NCBI GenBank assembly: GCA_048772705.1 | Contig: JBLWGC010000041.1 | Coordinates: 1 to 64,000 of the forward strand | Source of the DNA: Leidyana gryllorum EB-2025a | Taxonomy: Eukaryota; Protista; Apicomplexa | Length of the DNA: 64,000 nt | Direction of reading: 5' to 3' | Shown: positions 1 through 8,670 of the stretch, one piece after another | How the letters are laid out: each line of letters starts with the position of its first letter | Numbering within the stretch: position 1 is the stretch's first letter | The notes under the pieces: generated by a model | The model's input: only the letters and a program-made list of their open reading frames with translations | Databases searched by the model: none | What the model was told of the DNA's origin: nothing | Made by a program: the position numbers and the translations under genes

Positions 1-3000
1 CACGGTTCAGGAACTGGTGAAAGGCCTCGCATACTGCGTTCCCTTGCTTGTGGGCTTTCCAGGTGTACATGACCTGGATGCCATGGCGCCTCGCGTCTTC
101 CTGGAACGACTCGGCCCTAAAGGCCGTGCCGTTATCACAAATGAGCCTCGTTGGGGCTCCGTACCGGCAGATCCAATCCTCGTAGAGGACTCGCCAGGCA
201 GTCTTGGCCGTTACGTCCGGGACTGCTATGGCCTCGGCCACTCGTAGGCAATGGTCAATCATCGTTTGGATGTAGTAGACCTTACCACCCCAGGGGAAAC
301 TTCCTACGTGGTCAATGGCCACCGTGTCGAACGGGCGTGGAGTCACGTGGTCTCCGGGGCCAGCGGTGTTTACGATTGCTCGACGGCGCGCGCAGATTTG
401 GCATTGCCGCACCATCTCGGTTACGTCCGCTCGTAAGTTTGGCCAATAGAAGCGCCTCGCGATGGCTGCGGCTGTTCGCCTGATCCCTTGGTGGGCGCCA
501 ACAGTACCACAGTGGTGGTAGAGAACGATTTGAGAACGGAGTGCGGCTGGCACATAGGCTCGCATGGACTCCGTCCACCAGACTCCGCCCCTATGGGTGC
601 AGCGGAAGGCGGTCGGCTCGCTCTCTGCGGCCGTCGCTGCTTTAAACTCTTCCAGCGTTGGCAGTGTGAAGCCAGTGTACGCTGGTTGAACCGAAATCTC
701 GAGCCGGTTCAGGAGTGCGGTCAACGATATGCGGTCATCGATGACGGCATCCATCGGTTGGTCGTTGTCGATCCGGCTTAGGTGATCGACGTGACCCTGC
801 AAAATCCCTTTACGGTAGTGGATCTCGAAGTCATACTCGCTCAGAGCGAGCGCCCATCGGGCGATCCGGCGGTTGGAGGCTGTCCAGAGCCACTTCAACC
901 CCTCGTGGTCCGTACGGACTGTGAACGGTCGGTACCTCAGGTACTCGGCGTACTTCGCGATGGCACAGACGATGATGAAAGCTTCCAGTTCGCGGATAGG
1001 CCACTTCCTCTCCGCTTCCGACCATCGACGGGAGTAATAGGCGATTGGCCGGGGCTCTCCGTCGTCTCCGGGCTGCAGCAAGATGGCACCTCCTCCGATC
1101 TCACTAGCGTCGGTGTCGAGGATGAACTCCTTATCCGGATCGGGGTACGCTAAGAGGACGTCCTGCGCAAGTGCCTCTTGCAGTGCGCGGTAGGCCGCGA
1201 CGGTCTCTTCCGTCTCATCGATCGGCCCGTCTGCGCCCCCTTTGAACAGGTCGTACAGAGCACTCGAGATCTCGCCGAATTGGGGGATGAAGGTCCTGAA
1301 GTAGGATGCTAGCCCTAAGAACGAGCGAAGTTCCGACATCGTTCTGGGGAAGGGCGTCTCCATAACCGCCTTGACCTTGGCCGGGTTTGGCCGGATCCCA
1401 TTCTCATTCACGACGTGCCCCAAGTACAGGATCTCCTTCTGGAGGGCCGATGACTTCTTGATGTTTAGGTACAGTTTCGCGTCAGTCAACCGTTTCAGGA
1501 CCTCGTTGAGGGTCCGGTTGTGCTCATCGACGCTTCGCGAGTAGATGACGATATCATCCAAGTAAACTAGGACACCGTTCCCTAGTAGGGGTCCTAGCAC
1601 TCTGTGCATGACTCGTTGGAAAGTGGCAGGCGCGTTCCGTAAGCCAAAAGGCATCGCCGTACAGGCGTACAGTCCTCGCGGGGTTACTATCGTCGTCTTC
1701 ATCACGTCCTCCTCCGCCACCCTGATCTGATGGTACCCAGACTTCAGATCAAGAGATGTGAAGACGGCTGCTCCTCGCAGGGACCAGACCAAGTGTTGGA
1801 TGTGGGGGAGCGGGAACCTGTCCGGTACCGTGACTTTATTCAACTTGCGATAGTCAACGCAGATGCGTAGTTCGCCTGTCTTCTTGGGGACGATGACTAC
1901 GGGCGAGGACCAGGGAGACCCTTCCACTGGTACCGGTGCTCCAACCTTCACGAGGTCGCCGAACTGGCGGTCCACTTCGGCCTCGGCGTCTGGGTGTAGG
2001 GGCCTGGCGCGCTGGAAGACAGGGCGTGCTCCAGGGGTGATCTCAATGCGGTGAGTCTCTATGTCGCACTTGGCGATGTGGGTCTTCGCCCAGCACGCCT
2101 CGTTCCGCTGGAAGATCTCCAGTACGTCTCTCTTGGCCTCTGGACCAAAGACATCTGACGTGATTGCCATCACGTCCTCGAGGGTCCGGTGGTCGATGGC
2201 TTGCTGAAGCTCAACGAGGTTCAGCTCATAGGTTCCGCCCGGTGCCTCGAGTGGCACGGTTTCCCCTCCTATCTCCAGTGTTCGTGTTGCGTAGTCTAAT
2301 CGACTGGCGGTGCCCAGTAGGTATGTACGGCCGAGTAAGTCGCTGCCGACCGCCTCGTCTGGCACCACTAGACAGCGCTCCAGTGCTGTGGTTGTGCCCA
2401 CGGTTATCGGGATGGTCACCTCTCCCAAGATCTGTACTGCTCCTCCTACGCCCTTCGCCCCGAGCTGGCTGGCTCCCACTGTATCCGGCTGGGTCCCATG
2501 CTTCATCGCGTTCTGGAGTGTACTGCGCCTCAGGACTGTCACGTCCGCCCCAGGGTCCACCGTCATCACTATCGGAATATGACCAACGAGAGCTTTCACG
2601 CTGCCGAAGCTCTGCGAGAATGCGATCGTCTCGGCTGGGCTCATGGCCTGCGGCTGGCATTGTACACGACCCACGTGGGCCTGAGTCGCGGTGGGGGTCT
2701 CACCGGTGGGTTGCTGCTGCTGTTCCGTCGGGGGCGTCATGTCTTCGTCCACCTGGGTGGGCTCTGTAGTGTTTCCGGTCGCAGCCTGCTGGGAGGCGTT
2801 CCGGATGGCGTCTCTCTTGTCTCTCTGCCTGTCCCGGTTCTTCTGGTTCTTCATCGCCTCCTGCTGCTGCCGCTCTCGGAAGTAACCACCTAGCCTGCCC
2901 AGCGCCTCTTCGAGCGACTTGGGCTGCTTTACTACGATGTGAACGGCAGTCTTCCTTTGGTGGAGGACCATCTGCGACCCTAACTGGATCTCCTTGACTT

Positions 3001-3949
3001 CGCAGTCCTGCTCACGGTGTCCCTTCGTGCCACACTTTGGGCAGGGGAGGCGACACCGAGTCTCCGTGTGTCCGGCTTGCTGACACCGGTAGCAAATGAT
3101 TGGGGGCTTTGCTGTGCCCGTAGTGCCTATTGGGGCTGACTCGCCCGCTACGTGGTACAGACGTGGCCAGGAGGAGATAGTCTCTTCCTCACTGGACTCA
3201 GAGTCTGACGTATATCGAGCGTTGAGGCTTCGTAGTGCCGCTACGACCTCAGCCAACGTCTCGGGACGGGGGTGGAGCCCGTGTAACTTCGCGTTTAAGG
3301 CCGGCGGGGCCATGCGGACTAGGGTCGCCACCCAGTCCGTTTCTCGACGCCGCTTCCGCGGGTCCCAACGCTTACTCAACCTGTCGTGAGTCTTACGTAA
3401 TGCCTTGAAGGTTCGGAGGGCCTCATTCAGTGTCTGGCACGGTGGTGGCCGCTGCGCTAGCTTCCGAATTTGACGGAACCAGTCTCCTCCCTCGAAGTGT
3501 TCGCGCACCAGCGCGTCGCAGAAAGCTGTTGCAGTCTCCGCCTGTATGTTCGAGGAGCTCAGAGTCTCTCCCAGAGACCCGCACGCTGTTGCCCTGATGA
3601 GCAAGGGGAGTGCTCGGTCTGGGTATCCACGCGCTGCCAGCGCTATGGCCCAGTTGTGGCATTGATCGTCAAATTCCTGTTCGGACGCGGGGTCGAAGGT
3701 CTGCTTGACCCTCAGTTGCTGGAACATCCGCGCAACCATGTCTGCGTCTCGTCTTCCTAGTGCAGGGCGACCCCTGTCATCTTCGTCTATGGACTCGTAA
3801 CCACTGTCCTCACTGTCAGAGGGCCCCGGACCCCACGGATCCCAGGTGGGTACACTTACTCGCTGTTTCCCGGCAGATGCACCACTTTGAGTGGTTCTGG
3901 GAGTGCGAGGGCTTAAATGATACGTTTCTGGGTTATTAGCGTCGAGCAT
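1..3949 (-). CDS. Single gag-pol polyprotein (3'-partial; absent from the ORF track because it runs off the window)
   Basis: Manual translation found no stop. Motifs: two CCHC knuckles (CYRCQQAGHTETRC, CPKCGTKGHREQDC), protease VDPGAD, RT (RICVDYRKLN, LDLKSGYHQI, MPFGLRNAPATFQR, YLDD), RNase H (DTDAS, RELE, TDH), IN HHCC and D-D-E (AIDH, CDNG, VCE). First in-frame ATG is 3949, next is 3739. Confidence 0.93.
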   Translation of the reverse strand, partial: MLDANNPETYHLSPRTPRTTQSGASAGKQRVSVPTWDPWGPGPSDSEDSGYESIDEDDRGRPALGRRDADMVARMFQQLRVKQTFDPASEQEFDDQCHNWAIALAARGYPDRALPLLIRATACGSLGETLSSSNIQAETATAFCDALVREHFEGGDWFRQIRKLAQRPPPCQTLNEALRTFKALRKTHDRLSKRWDPRKRRRETDWVATLVRMAPPALNAKLHGLHPRPETLAEVVAALRSLNARYTSDSESSEEETISSWPRLYHVAGESAPIGTTGTAKPPIICYRCQQAGHTETRCRLPCPKCGTKGHREQDCEVKEIQLGSQMVLHQRKTAVHIVVKQPKSLEEALGRLGGYFRERQQQEAMKNQKNRDRQRDKRDAIRNASQQAATGNTTEPTQVDEDMTPPTEQQQQPTGETPTATQAHVGRVQCQPQAMSPAETIAFSQSFGSVKALVGHIPIVMTVDPGADVTVLRRSTLQNAMKHGTQPDTVGASQLGAKGVGGAVQILGEVTIPITVGTTTALERCLVVPDEAVGSDLLGRTYLLGTASRLDYATRTLEIGGETVPLEAPGGTYELNLVELQQAIDHRTLEDVMAITSDVFGPEAKRDVLEIFQRNEACWAKTHIAKCDIETHRIEITPGARPVFQRARPLHPDAEAEVDRQFGDLVKVGAPVPVEGSPWSSPVVIVPKKTGELRICVDYRKLNKVTVPDRFPLPHIQHLVWSLRGAAVFTSLDLKSGYHQIRVAEEDVMKTTIVTPRGLYACTAMPFGLRNAPATFQRVMHRVLGPLLGNGVLVYLDDIVIYSRSVDEHNRTLNEVLKRLTDAKLYLNIKKSSALQKEILYLGHVVNENGIRPNPAKVKAVMETPFPRTMSELRSFLGLASYFRTFIPQFGEISSALYDLFKGGADGPIDETEETVAAYRALQEALAQDVLLAYPDPDKEFILDTDASEIGGGAILLQPGDDGEPRPIAYYSRRWSEAERKWPIRELEAFIIVCAIAKYAEYLRYRPFTVRTDHEGLKWLWTASNRRIARWALALSEYDFEIHYRKGILQGHVDHLSRIDNDQPMDAVIDDRISLTALLNRLEISVQPAYTGFTLPTLEEFKAATAAESEPTAFRCTHRGGVWWTESMRAYVPAALRSQIVLYHHCGTVGAHQGIRRTAAAIARRFYWPNLRADVTEMVRQCQICARRRAIVNTAGPGDHVTPRPFDTVAIDHVGSFPWGGKVYYIQTMIDHCLRVAEAIAVPDVTAKTAWRVLYEDWICRYGAPTRLICDNGTAFRAESFQEDARRHGIQVMYTWKAHKQGNAVCEAFHQFLNR
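3867..3884 (-). promoter_or_regulatory. Primer-binding site complementary to the 3' end of tRNA-Gly
   Basis: TGGTGCATCTGCCGGGAA lies 3 nt after the LTR. Its complement TTCCCGGCAGATGCACCA resembles the eukaryotic tRNA-Gly 3' end (TTCCCGGCCAATGCACCA). Confidence 0.85.
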
Positions 3950-4058
3950 CGTGGTCTAGCTTCTGTCTTTTGCAAAACAATAAACTACCGCTACGGGTGT
4001 TACGTCTCTAGGGAGACGTTGTGTCTCTAGGAAGTTGTTACTTTCCTTTCACCTCTCA
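3888..4058 (-). repeat. 5' LTR of copy B (171 bp, TG...CA)
   Basis: Reverse complement of 5042-5212, with no mismatch seen by eye. Confidence 0.97.
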
Positions 4059-5033
4059 GAGGCCATAGCAGTCCCGGACGTAACGGCCAAGACTGCCTGG
4101 CGAGTCCTCTACGAGGATTGGATCTGCCGGTACGGAGCCCCAACGAGGCTCATTTGTGATAACGGCACGGCCTTTAGGGCCGAGTCGTTCCAGGAAGACG
4201 CGAGGCGCCATGGCATCCAGGTCATGTACACCTGGAAAGCCCACAAGCAAGGGAACGCAGTATGCGAGGCCTTTCACCAGTTCCTGAACCGTGGACTCAA
4301 CGCGCTCGTGGCCCAGTCCAGCCTCCCCTTACCAACCGCAGTGGCCACAGTAATGTACGCCTATCGAGCCACGCATCACCCCGCATTGGGTGAGTCCCCC
4401 TTCTTCATGCTCTCGGGGCTACCCATGGGCACCCCGACGAGCCAAGAGTTAGACGCCCTCCAGCCTACACTGGACACGGGAGACCGTCTCCAACTTCTGG
4501 AACTGGCGAGGCAGCACGCCGTGCAACTCTCGGCAAAAGCAGCCGACGCTCGCCGCCCAGCCGTACGCTACCTCCCTGAGGTCGGAGACACCGTCGTCGT
4601 CCGCCTCAGCGAAGGTGAGCGCGCTGCACTGACTCGCCACTACGGCGCGAGCCGCTTCACCCCGACCTTCAGCTTACCTTATGAGGTCATCGCGGTGAGC
4701 GAGTCAGGCACGGGCGCCACCATTAAATCCTGCCGAGATCCGCAGGAAGAGAGAACGGTGTCCGTCGGGGAGCTGCTCCGCTTGGCTGCACCGCAAGCGC
4801 CGGAGATGCTCCAACTCGCCGAGCTAGACGAGCTCGCCGACCTACGCGCCAAGCCGCTCGCCAAGGCCGAGGATGTGCTGACGGCAACACTACACGCTCG
4901 GGGAACTGACCTACGGCCAGCCCCGAAGTCAAGGTCTCGGAAGAGACGCCGAGTGGCCAGCCGTACTAGTGCCACTGCTTACCGCCTATGTCTCCAAGTG
5001 AGAGATCCCGGCACCCAGGAAGTTGCTCTTTAG
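4059..5033 (+). pseudogene. Integrase core/C-terminal fragment interrupted by copy B
   Basis: CDNG...GNAVCE, AYRATHH..GESPF, GPY/F-like FTPTFSLPYEV, basic NLS-like PKSRSRKRRRV, no chromodomain. The first 8 aa of track ORF 4035 derive from antisense LTR. Confidence 0.9.
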
Positions 5034-5041
5034 AGGGGGCG
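5032..5041 (+). promoter_or_regulatory. Polypurine tract
   Basis: AGAGGGGGCG immediately before the 3' LTR, overlapping the pol stop codon. Confidence 0.85.
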
Positions 5042-5212
5042 TGAGAGGTGAAAGGAAAGTAACAACTTCCTAGAGACACAACGTCTCCCTAGAGACGTAA
5101 CACCCGTAGCGGTAGTTTATTGTTTTGCAAAAGACAGAAGCTAGACCACGATGCTCGACGCTAATAACCCAGAAACGTATCATTTAAGCCCTCGCACTCC
5201 CAGAACCACTCA
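5042..5212 (+). repeat. 3' LTR of copy A (171 bp, TG...CA)
   Basis: Begins TGAGAGG and ends CCACTCA; matches 3888-4058 inverted. Confidence 0.97.
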
Positions 5213-6368
5213 CCCCCTAAGGAGATGGTTTGATGTGAAGATTATCGGCTTTTCTATACTTTGGACGGATCACAGAGCCATTCCCATTTGCTCAACCAAT
5301 ATTTAGTATTTGTTACATCCCCGAACGATCTCCTCTGAGATTGTTGTCCCTCCCTGCCTGGAGCTGATTGCGTTTTAGGGTGAGTGAAAGCTCATAATGG
5401 CGCTTCGGCTGGGTTAAGGCGTAAGCAGCTCAGCTTTGTTGATTCACGATGTCTTGTACCAGACTAGTTTGCCTGTAACCTTTGGTTCGGCGTTTCGGTC
5501 GGCTTCGATGGCTGTTGTGACTGCTGTTTGCTTTTGGATTATGTGGTTTATGTGCTTGTTTATCGCTGCATTGTACTGTGTTTGCGTGTTCGCGAATGTT
5601 TAGCTTTCAATTCTCTACACGTTCCGGTTGCTGTAGCGTGCGCAAGTAAGGTCTGATGTGGTGTGTATTGTGCTAATAAAAGACTGTGACGATATAGTTG
5701 TGTTGCTTAGTATGTTGACAGGTATCGTGCTTGTTATGTATTGATTTGTGAGACTATATGAGCTGGAGATGCATGATTGTATGAGTGTATGGCGTGTATT
5801 TTGGTAACTGTGCTGTGATGTGTAGTATGCTCAGTTTGCTAAAGTGAATGTGGAGCAACTTGGAAGGTTATGTGTGAGTGATATTGGTTTAGATGGTTTG
5901 TCTGTTAGGCTGTGAGGGGTCTAGAGTGAGTCAGCGATTCGCTCGTTGATTGAGGAGTATTTGTAGACGTATAAAAGCTTGTAATGCTAGATATAGGGGG
6001 ATCAATGAGATTCAGTTGAATTGAGAGTGTTGAGAAGAATGTCATGAGTCCAATGCGTATCGTGGACATTATTTATCGGAGTGAATGGGAATTTGTAAGA
6101 ATATGCGGATGGAGTCAAGTTATGCATAGGATTTGAGTGTTGATTCGGACGACATGAATTTGGCTAATTATAGGTAGGTTAATAGGAGTATATTGACAAT
6201 TGTGATGTAGTTCAAGGTGTGGTAAGAGGGTGGTGGTCAGTTGTTTGCTATAAAACATTGAGAGAGTGTATATATGCTAAGAGTTATGAGTATTCGAATT
6301 GTTAGTGTACGAGCGGGATGATAAGGCTGATATGTAAGTTGAGTAATAGTGTGCGTGAAGAAGTATTG

Positions 6369-6422
6369 ATGGGGTGTGGGGAGCGCCCTTGTCGCTTCGC
6401 TCGGGCGCTTCCCCGTACCCAT
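6369..6422. other. GC-rich imperfect hairpin
   Basis: GGGGAGCGCCC (6378-6388) pairs with GGGCGCTTCCCC (6403-6414). Outer arms ATGGG/CCCAT; the loop contains CGCTTCGCTC. Confidence 0.75.
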
Positions 6423-6574
6423 TGTTTCTGTGAGATTTATTTATTGATGGAATAGTTAGCAAGCTATCGTGAATGTGATAAGTAGAACGAACCAATTGCA
6501 TCAATCTTGCGTGCAATTGCTCTGGAACGATATGTACGAGTTCAAACGACTTGTAGTGAAGTGTCATTTAAGTA

Positions 6575-7615
6575 CCTATCAAGTAGCAAATAAGTGTGAA
6601 ACAAGTGTCAAACAACTCGGAAACCAGTGTCAAGCAAGGCTGGAACATGTTGCAAACAAGTGTCAAACATGTCGCGAAGCAAGGGTCAAAGCAGTTCGCA
6701 ACAAGTCTCAAACATGTTGGAAACAACTCGCAAACAAGTGTCAAAAGAGTAGCAAACATGTGGCAAACAAGTGTGAAACAACTCGCAAACAAGTGTCAAA
6801 CATGTATCAAACAAGTGTCAAGCATGTGGCAAACATGTGTCAAACAAGTGAGAAGCATGTGTGTAACACGTGGCAAACAAGTAGCAAAACAAGTGCCAAA
6901 GATGCCGCAAACAAGTGTCAAACGAGTGTCAAACGAGTGTCAAACCAGTGTGGAACATGTGGCAAAAAAGTGTTAAACATGTGGCGAACAAGTCTCAACG
7001 GAGTTTCAAACAAGTGTAAAGCATGTGGCAAAGAACTGGCAAGCAAGTGTAAAGCATGTGGCAAACAAGTTTCAAAGAAGTATCAAACAAGTAGCAAACA
7101 AGTGTCAAACGAGTGTCGAACAAGTGTGGAACATGTGGCAAAAAAGTGTTAAACATGTGGCGAACAAGTCTCAACGGAGTTTCAAACAAGTGTTAAACAT
7201 GTGGCAAAGAACTGGCAAGCAAGTGTAAAGCATGTGGCAAACAAGTTTCAAACGAGTGTCAAACAAGTGTGGAACATGTGGGAAAAAAGTGTTAAACATG
7301 TGGTGAACAAGTCTCAACGGAGTTTCAAACAAGTGTTAAACATGTGGCAAAGAAGTGGCAAACACGTGTCAAACTGAGAGTCAAACAAGTGTGAAATATG
7401 TGGCAGAAAAGTGTTTAACATCTGGCGAACAAGTCTCAACTGAGTGTCAAAGAAGTATGAAAGATGTGGCAAAGAAGTGGCAAGCAAGTGTAAAGCATGT
7501 AGCAAACAAGTGTCAAACGAGTGTCAAACAAGTAGCAAGCAAGTAGCAAACAAGTAGGAAACAGGTAGCAAACAAGTGTCAAACATGTCGCAAACAAGTC
7601 TCGAACATGTTGCAA
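6575..7615. repeat. 11-bp-monomer satellite (AAACAAGTGTC / AAACATGTGGC variants) with higher-order repeats
   Basis: Roughly 90-95 monomers. The marker AACAAGTCTCAAC recurs at 6987, 7163, 7306 and 7428. Confidence 0.95.
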
Positions 7616-7711
7616 AGGGGTATTGAAGGTGCTACAAAGAGATGTGTAACACAAGTATCATCTGGTACAAGTTGCACACTGGTGACGAACTCTGCTTTTT
7701 TGAAAAATTTG

Positions 7712-7885
7712 GTAAGGGGTTAAGGATGACGACATGAAAAATTCCGATGAATTAGTAACGGGTTAAGGATGACGACATGAAAAATTCCGATGAATTTGTA
7801 ACGAGATAAGGATGACGACATCAAAAAACACCGATAAACTTGTAACGAGATAAGGGTGACGACATCAAAAAATGTGATAAATTTC
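7712..7885. repeat. Four tandem copies of a 43-44 bp unit
   Basis: GTAAcGgGtTAAGGATGACGACATgAAAAAttccGATgAAtt units start at 7712, 7755, 7798 and 7842. Confidence 0.95.
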
Positions 7886-8638
7886 GCTTAGAGACACCCA
7901 ATAACCTCAGTAGACGAGAAATGCGGTAGGGGAGACTGAGAATGACTCAATGAGATGTTAGCTGGGGCGTCACTGGATGCTGGTTGGGGCAGGTAGCGAA
8001 TGGGGGTCAGTTGGCTGGGATAAAAACTGCACAATGGGGAGGTGAGGCTCTGGTCGCAAAGTGGCGAAGCTCCTTGGGGGCGTTCTGGGATGTGTGGGGA
8101 TGAGGTGTGGGAACTTACTTGGTGTGGGAACGTGCCAGACCAGTCTGAGTGGCACGAGGTCACGTCTTGGGAACATCTGGGGGGGAAGAAAGCGAGCGCG
8201 AGCGAGAAGAGGGCTTTTTGGATCTGAGAACAAAAATAACAGTCCAAGTCCCACGTCTCGCACACCAAATCTTGGGAAAAGTGGCTCGTTTGGGCTGCTA
8301 TCTGTTGCTTGCGAGCCGCACGAGAGCTAAATTAAGGAGTCTGACGACCCTTACATCTCGATGGGAGGCTAGTTTGCTGTAGCGAACGAGCCAATTGAAG
8401 TTTGGGAAGTCTCATTTTTGCAAAAATCAGGCCTTCTCGTGTCTCAGAGAGCTCGAGAGAGTCGCCTATCTCCTATTCTAGCGGTGAGATTTCGCCTAAA
8501 ATCTGGCTGCTAACTAATCAGGCCACTACTATTCCTAAGGTAAGCGAGAGAGCTAGTCTAGAGCTCCTAATCAAATTCCTATTTCACTAAAAGTCGTTTC
8601 TGGTACCCCCTAAGAACCCCCAAAAAACCTACGGTAAT

Positions 8639-8670
8639 GGTCGGGCTCACCCTTGCGGGTTTCGCCGACC
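8639..8670. other. Two-stem hairpin at the right edge of the repeat block
   Basis: GGTCGG-gctc-ACCC-ttgc-GGGT-ttcg-CCGACC; GCAA tetraloop on the minus strand. Confidence 0.7.

Larger units (their letters stand above)
1..4058 (-). mobile_element. Ty3/gypsy LTR retrotransposon, inner copy B (5' LTR to integrase core; continues off the left edge)
   Basis: 5' LTR 4058-3888, PBS, then an uninterrupted minus-strand ORF with domain order gag-PR-RT-RNaseH-IN (gypsy order). Confidence 0.97.
4059..5212 (+). mobile_element. 3' part of outer copy A of the same gypsy element (integrase C-terminal part, PPT, 3' LTR)
   Basis: 4059-4293 is the reverse complement of 1-235. The frame is open to TAG at 5033, then PPT and LTR follow. 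Confidence 0.96.

Noticed and set aside
17-3760. Many short + strand and alternative-frame ORFs over the retrotransposon
   Set aside because: They are shadows of the GC-rich gag-pol frame.
1-4293. Simple auto-integration (inversion) product of a single element
   Set aside because: The minus copy continues 235 bp past the target site, and the 3' LTR abuts non-element DNA, so two copies are needed.
3888-5212. Inverted 171-bp repeats read as DNA-transposon TIRs or DIRS inverted LTRs
   Set aside because: One repeat has a PBS and the other a PPT, and the enzyme is a DDE integrase in gypsy order. They are LTRs of two nested copies.
5320-6020. Faint resemblance to the LSU rRNA 3' end (ACGATC..TGAGATT; TTTGTAGACG..GATCAATGAGATTCAG)
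   Set aside because: The universally conserved peptidyl-transferase and sarcin-ricin motifs are absent.
6469-7654. ORFs with KQVANKCQTSV-type 11-aa repeats
   Set aside because: They appear in several frames on both strands as a by-product of a stop-poor 11-bp satellite.
7712-7885. CRISPR array
   Set aside because: Head-to-tail repeats with no unique spacers, no cas genes, and a eukaryotic context.
5213-8614. CCCCCTAAG direct repeat (5213-5221, 8606-8614) as a 9-bp Mutator-type TSD
   Set aside because: No terminal inverted repeats inside it, low complexity, and the apparent junction with UGT1 lies near 8676.
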